Source: Candidatus Obscuribacterales bacterium
GTDB taxonomy: Bacteria > Cyanobacteriota > Vampirovibrionia > Obscuribacterales > Obscuribacteraceae
DNA length: 64,000 bases
Assembly: GCA_965228855.1 (NCBI GenBank)
Contig: CBDDIJ010000003.1
Coordinates: 1,440,001 to 1,504,000, forward strand
Reading direction: 5' to 3'
This document shows, in pieces, positions 59,041 to 64,000 of the stretch; positions within the stretch are counted from its first letter, which is position 1, and each line of letters opens with the position of its first letter. A program made the translations under genes and the position numbers. The notes under the pieces are model-generated. The model had not been told where the DNA came from. It did not search any database and saw only the letters and a list, made by a program, of their open reading frames with translations.

Positions 59041-61767
59041 TTAGACTTTCAGCTTCTTCAGAGCTTTTCGGGCGATCTGGTGTTGCTTGCGTTCGTTAGG
59101 ACCTAATTCCGATTCGCCGACTAAATCAATGATAGCCAAACCGTTCCTATATAGAGGAACGGCTCCAGGCTTACCAGAAGATTCCAGAGCTTTTGCTTCG
59201 ACGATCATAAGCGCGCCGATCATGGGATCGTCCGAGCCTATTTCACGTGAGAATTTTGTGCGGAGCTCGCGTGCGAGCTGGATGGTCTTGTCGAAGCGAC
59301 CGACATCAAGACACGCCACCGTCCAGGAATATTCGTTCTCGCGGTGCTCTTTAGAACTTGCCCCCTTCAGCTGTTCGCTGAGTTTGAGAAGTCGCTCCTG
59401 TTGTTTGTCCGCGGCGTCAAAATCCTTAAGATGAAGAAGCGTCAGCGTATACATCTTCAGTGTATTTAGTTCACCGTTTTTGTCTTTCATTGCTCGATAA
59501 TCGGAAAGCAGCTTCCGTTGAAGCTCTTCGGCTCCTTTGAACTGGTTGAGTTTGTACAAACAGAAACTCATCCCTGTTTCTACAGCGCGGGTATTTTGTT
59601 TCTCGCTTGGTCTGGCTTTGCAGGCCGCGTATGCTTTTTCGTAGATCTTCAGAGCTTCTGCATAGCGATGCTCGATGAATTCCTTCTCTGCATTTACGCT
59701 CCATGTCTCGACTAGTGGCGAACCGGTAGTCTTGAAAGTCATGGTTGGAAACTGCTCTTGCAAAGCGCGAATCTGCTCTTCGCTAGCTGAGACAAGCACT
59801 GTTTGAATATTTAGATTCGATTTTGCAATGGTCTCGGCGTCTTTTGCCTTACAGTAAGTGACGCGAAGATCGATCGAAAGAAGGTTTGGGAGTTTTGCGG
59901 CGACAGCTATCGCACCTGGTCCAATGTCATTTCTGGACAGAAGAAGATTCTCGAGAGTCGGCAGGGCTGCAAGAGCGTCGAGACCTTTGTCGGTTATGCG
60001 CGTTTCGATCAGTGACAGGTCTTTTAGCCGCAATCCTTTCAGGTTTTTAAGAGAGTCGTCGTCAACCTCAGTCTGATCGAGCCTCAACAATTTCAGCTTT
60101 TCGAGTCTTGCGATATCCTTCAGAGTTTTGACTTTTGTGTTTGTCAGTATCAGCGTTTCAAGATTCGGAACGTTGCTCAGATGCTCGATTCCGCGATCCG
60201 AAACATCACTGTCAGATGCATTGATCTCTTTCAAACTCGTTTTCCCTGACAGCACGAGCAAATCGTCATCTTGGCACGCGTGACGCAGATCCATTCTAAT
60301 TAGACCGGACTTTTTCATGTGCTGAATTAGTTTTGCGCGCTGACTTTTTGCCAAAGCTTTCTTAGAGTCGAGGTCCAAATTTTGCTCGAAGGTTGACGGT
60401 GTCGACGAAGATCTGACCTGAGGTCTCTCTGAGAGAATCGAATATACGACTGTGCACAAACCGATCAATGCGATTAAAACAACGACGGCGAGTAGCTTCC
60501 CAAAGTTTGCGGACTTGCGTTCTTTCGGAAGGTCGACACCAAAGCTTTGCGCAGGGATTTCGATACGGTAGTCGTGAGACTCAGGCAGGGGCTCGCGAGA
60601 AACATCGGTCAAACCTCTTTCAAAGTTTGCAAGCGCTTCGGAAACTTCAGCTGCTGTTTGATATCTTTCGTCCGGATTTTTGCTCAAACACTTTTCGATT
60701 ATCGCGCACAGCTCGGGCGAAACGTCCGGAGCCAATTCCTGCAGCGGTAAGACGTCAGATCGCATGTGTTTATTGAGAACTTCCAGCGACGACTCACCGG
60801 AAAACGGAGGCTGACCGGCTAGCGATTCGTACATGATGCAACCGAGCGAATAAATTTCAGATCGAGCATCGTATTCTAAACCCGAAGCCTGGTCGGGGCT
60901 CATGTAGCCTGGTGTTCCGACTACGGTGCGTCCCTGGACATTTGTTCTTGCTTGAACATCTTGAGTGGTTTTTGAAAGTCCGAAATCGATCAATCGCAGA
61001 TCAAATTCGCCTGTTTCTGTTTCAAGCATCAAAATATTCGATGGCTTCAAGTCTCGATGAAAAATTCCATGCTCGTGAAGATGGCTCAGGGCCTCGCAGA
61101 TAGACTGAAACATTACACAGCTATCATACTGTTCGAGAAAACCGTGATCGCGGATCACTTCTTCGAGACTTCGACCGGGGAAGTATTCCATAACCATGTA
61201 AGGACGTCCGCTTGCGGAGGTTCCGAAATCGAACACCTTGATCACTTTCTCGTGACTTAGTTTTGATGCGGTTTTTGCTTCTTGCTGAAACGAGACGACT
61301 CGATCGTCAGTCAAGGCGAACAAACTTTTCAGTGCGACCTTTTTGCGCAGATGCAGGTCACGGCACAAGTAAACTTGACCGAGTGCGCCTTGTCCAAGGA
61401 GCCGGAGCGGTTTATAACGGCTGGTTGGGAACAAGGTTTCATCAATGTCTAAGGGCTGTTCGCTTGGATCGTCATCTTGATCATCGAAGGCTTTGCTTTT
61501 AAAAGTGGTGCCGGAAGTTTTTACTTTTACAGGTTGAGGATTTTCGCATTTGCAAAGATGCTCGGCGAAAATCCATTGGGTTACGCTTCCGCTTCGCCCT
61601 TCCTTCATACGTTTTCCGCAAGCTCGGCAAACAGTTATGAGTTCGCTTTCAGGTGCTCCGGTCAAATTGCATTGGCAGCAGTTTATCCACTGAGTGAGAG
61701 AACCGGACCCGCTGACATTCTTTGGCTTCTGGCAGGTTTGGCAGATGTCGCTGTTGCTCTCAGTCAT
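59041..61767 (-). CDS. Membrane Ser/Thr kinase with doubled N-terminal Cys motif, one TM, LRR and TPR ectodomain
   Basis: GQGALGQVY, HRDLKPSN, DFG, GTPGYMSP; TM LLAVVVLIALIGLCTVVYSIL; LxxLxLxxTxV repeats; TPR-like helices. Confidence 0.92.
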   Translation of the reverse strand: MTESNSDICQTCQKPKNVSGSGSLTQWINCCQCNLTGAPESELITVCRACGKRMKEGRSGSVTQWIFAEHLCKCENPQPVKVKTSGTTFKSKAFDDQDDDPSEQPLDIDETLFPTSRYKPLRLLGQGALGQVYLCRDLHLRKKVALKSLFALTDDRVVSFQQEAKTASKLSHEKVIKVFDFGTSASGRPYMVMEYFPGRSLEEVIRDHGFLEQYDSCVMFQSICEALSHLHEHGIFHRDLKPSNILMLETETGEFDLRLIDFGLSKTTQDVQARTNVQGRTVVGTPGYMSPDQASGLEYDARSEIYSLGCIMYESLAGQPPFSGESSLEVLNKHMRSDVLPLQELAPDVSPELCAIIEKCLSKNPDERYQTAAEVSEALANFERGLTDVSREPLPESHDYRIEIPAQSFGVDLPKERKSANFGKLLAVVVLIALIGLCTVVYSILSERPQVRSSSTPSTFEQNLDLDSKKALAKSQRAKLIQHMKKSGLIRMDLRHACQDDDLLVLSGKTSLKEINASDSDVSDRGIEHLSNVPNLETLILTNTKVKTLKDIARLEKLKLLRLDQTEVDDDSLKNLKGLRLKDLSLIETRITDKGLDALAALPTLENLLLSRNDIGPGAIAVAAKLPNLLSIDLRVTYCKAKDAETIAKSNLNIQTVLVSASEEQIRALQEQFPTMTFKTTGSPLVETWSVNAEKEFIEHRYAEALKIYEKAYAACKARPSEKQNTRAVETGMSFCLYKLNQFKGAEELQRKLLSDYRAMKDKNGELNTLKMYTLTLLHLKDFDAADKQQERLLKLSEQLKGASSKEHRENEYSWTVACLDVGRFDKTIQLARELRTKFSREIGSDDPMIGALMIVEAKALESSGKPGAVPLYRNGLAIIDLVGESELGPNERKQHQIARKALKKLKV

Positions 61768-64000
61768 TTCTTTCGCACTTCCTCGCGAGCATCTGGATTG
61801 TCGCCTTCTCTAATTTTCGAGCGAGCCGCCTGGCGTTTCTCTCGTTTTGATTCGCTGCGCTTGTTTCGAAGATCTATCAATACAGACGCTTTTCTTTTGA
61901 ACTCGGCACTTTCGCGAACAAAGCCGTTTTCCTCAAGTAGTATTCCGTGTTGCGTCGTAAGAGCGATCCTGTCAAGCAATGGTAACTTTGCGGTTTTCAT
62001 GCGTTCCATAGCAAGATTGCTTAGTTCCAGGGCGTGTTTTTTGTTGCCTCGAATCACTTCCAATTGGCAAAGAGCGTTATAGGTAGTAACAGCTTGTGCA
62101 TTTGGAACGCCGTCCTTCCACAATTGAGGGTCGGCTTTAATTCTTGAGGCTACGAAACTGAACTTTTTGTCGGCGAGATCAAATTTCTTCAGGCGCAGGT
62201 AGCAGTCACCTACCTGGAGCAGGGTGGAGGAATATTCCAGGGAATTCAGACCCTTCTTACGTTTATAAACCGAGGCCAGTTTGTCAAAGGTTGTGATCGC
62301 GCGCTCGACCTGACCGGCTTCGCGTAAGGCTCCGCCGAGAGACAAAGTTTGACTGAGTGCCCAATCCGTCTCTAGACCGTTGGCGATTTCCTCGCATTTT
62401 ATTGCTTGTTCGAGGGCTTGCGCGCTCTCCGCATAGCGCTTCAATCTAGCCAGGCTTGTAGCTTTCAAAGAATAGACATCTCGCAACCACACGGGATTAT
62501 TCATGTGCTTCGCAATCGCGATCGCTTTGTTCACATAAGTCAGCGCATTTTCTTCTTCTCTGATTTGCGAGTAAAGCGACGCAACGCTTGCGTACAGGGT
62601 TGAAACCCTTTCGTCATCGACTTCTCCGAAGCGTTTCCTCATGAGCTCAAGCAACTGTTTGGTCTTCGCCATTTGGAGAGGGATATCGCCACTCGCCTGT
62701 GCTTTATCGATCTCCTGTTTAAATGTGGTCTCAAGACTGGGTGTGTCTCCAAATCCCACGCTCGGAAATTCGACTCTCAGTCGTTCAACATCAGATGGGC
62801 TGATCTTGGGGCAGTTTTTAAACTCGGCAGCGAACATCAGTGGACCGCGCAAGATTTTCTTCGCCGCAGCTAGATCGATTTCAGTACCATTTAGAATCAT
62901 CCGTCCGCGCCATTGCAATTCAGCGAGATAATCTGCGGCTTTAGACGTTATCGGCGTGCGGGTCAGATCCAGGTCGTTGAGTTTCGGCTGGATCTTCACG
63001 AGCCTCGCGACGCCCTTATCGGTAATTTTGGTATCGTTTAGTTTCAGGGTACGCAGTTCGGTAAGTGGTCGAAGTTGCTCGAGCGAACTATCTGTAATTT
63101 GTGTAGCTTTGAGATCGAGAATTGTCAGTTTCTTACACGATCCTACGTCTGTTAGTTTTGAAACTTCGGTCGCGCTCAGATCGACGGCCTCAAGATTTGG
63201 AATTTTCGCAAGCAAAGGGAAAACGCGATCGTCAAAGTCGGTCTCGATCAGTTCCAGCTTCTTGAGAAATTGATTGTTCGCGAGTTGTCTCAAGTGCTCG
63301 TCCGTGCAATTACCGCTGAGGTGGAGAGTTGTCCTTTCCTTATCCGCCAGCTGTTTGTCTGTATGGTTTAGCGCGAAATCATCGACAGTTTCTATAAACC
63401 AGCGGTCTGGCAAGTGTCCTGGAACAGGCGCCAGCTGTTCTTGACTAGAGATATGATGCATGGCAGCGGCGATTGCCAGACCGGCAAAAATCAAAATAAT
63501 CACCGATGAGAAGATAAGCGCCCTGCGGTCGAAGCGCGGACTCTTACTCTTCTTGGGCTCATCGTCTTGCGTTTTTGCTGGGTCACTTTGCGCTGTCTCT
63601 TCAACTTTTCGATCCAACGAATCTTGCAGTTCGACAAGAGCAGGTACGACGGTAGTTTCGATATCAGGGCGTTGCAGAGGATCCTTTGACAACAGACCTT
63701 CCATAATGGCGGCGAAATTTGCCGTGATAGGGTGATTGCTATCCACGTTCAATTTCGGCGGGGGAGATTGGATGTGTTGAGTGATTGTTTCTAGAACTGT
63801 TTCTGACTGAAACGGCGGTTCGCCTGTCAAGCAGTGCCACATAACGCAGCCCAGGGCGTAGTTGTCCGATCTTGTCGTCACTTCGAGCCCCTGACCTTGT
63901 TCTGGGCTCATGTAGAACGGGCTGCCAACGAGATTTCCGGTCGGCGTTAATTTACCGGCTTCGTCGGGCCGCTCGTCCAATAACTTAGCGATGCCGAAAT
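61764..64000 (-). CDS. Membrane Ser/Thr kinase with LRR and TPR ectodomain (5' end outside the window)
   Basis: Frame is open to the window end (FGIAKLLDER); GSPFYMSPEQ; single TM; LRRs (LTILDLKATQITDSSL); TPRs; 4-bp overlap with the downstream kinase. Confidence 0.92.
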   Translation of the reverse strand, partial: FGIAKLLDERPDEAGKLTPTGNLVGSPFYMSPEQGQGLEVTTRSDNYALGCVMWHCLTGEPPFQSETVLETITQHIQSPPPKLNVDSNHPITANFAAIMEGLLSKDPLQRPDIETTVVPALVELQDSLDRKVEETAQSDPAKTQDDEPKKSKSPRFDRRALIFSSVIILIFAGLAIAAAMHHISSQEQLAPVPGHLPDRWFIETVDDFALNHTDKQLADKERTTLHLSGNCTDEHLRQLANNQFLKKLELIETDFDDRVFPLLAKIPNLEAVDLSATEVSKLTDVGSCKKLTILDLKATQITDSSLEQLRPLTELRTLKLNDTKITDKGVARLVKIQPKLNDLDLTRTPITSKAADYLAELQWRGRMILNGTEIDLAAAKKILRGPLMFAAEFKNCPKISPSDVERLRVEFPSVGFGDTPSLETTFKQEIDKAQASGDIPLQMAKTKQLLELMRKRFGEVDDERVSTLYASVASLYSQIREEENALTYVNKAIAIAKHMNNPVWLRDVYSLKATSLARLKRYAESAQALEQAIKCEEIANGLETDWALSQTLSLGGALREAGQVERAITTFDKLASVYKRKKGLNSLEYSSTLLQVGDCYLRLKKFDLADKKFSFVASRIKADPQLWKDGVPNAQAVTTYNALCQLEVIRGNKKHALELSNLAMERMKTAKLPLLDRIALTTQHGILLEENGFVRESAEFKRKASVLIDLRNKRSESKREKRQAARSKIREGDNPDAREEVRKK

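Overview
A 64 kb gene-dense bacterial chromosomal segment. I recognised no rRNA, tRNA, CRISPR array, transposase or integrase. The gene repertoire (membrane Ser/Thr kinases with an N-terminal CxxC...TxWI...CxC motif and TPR/LRR ectodomains, Tad-like pseudopilins with Arg-rich leaders, a giant beta-helix surface protein, Skp) suggests a diderm related to the non-photosynthetic Vampirovibrionia/Melainabacteria (Obscuribacterales-like); this placement is inference. In order: partial moeB, HIT hydrolase, pckG, a minimal McrBC-like pair with a degenerate nuclease site, MarR-GNAT, a pseudo-receiver, two tandem kinase paralogues, a WG-repeat protein, a class A PBP, ABC-F followed by a divergent RelA/SpoT-synthetase-like gene, a TPR protein, a Tad-like trio, a Zn-ribbon protein, a DUF900-like hydrolase, a methyltransferase and a DUF6745-like protein. 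Next is a 6.2 kb candidate blue-light module (LOV histidine kinase, OmpR-type regulator, divergent sigma-70, fasciclin, atypical SDR, LON-N protein) whose intergenic regions share a GTTCAC-N5-GTTCA motif. The window ends with a 7,510-aa surface protein with a FecR-like C-terminus, a 1.3 kb intergenic region, skp and two LRR/TPR kinases. The best candidates for an undescribed system are the LOV-HK/RR/sigma regulon, the ABC-F plus RSH-like pair and the degenerate McrBC pair.
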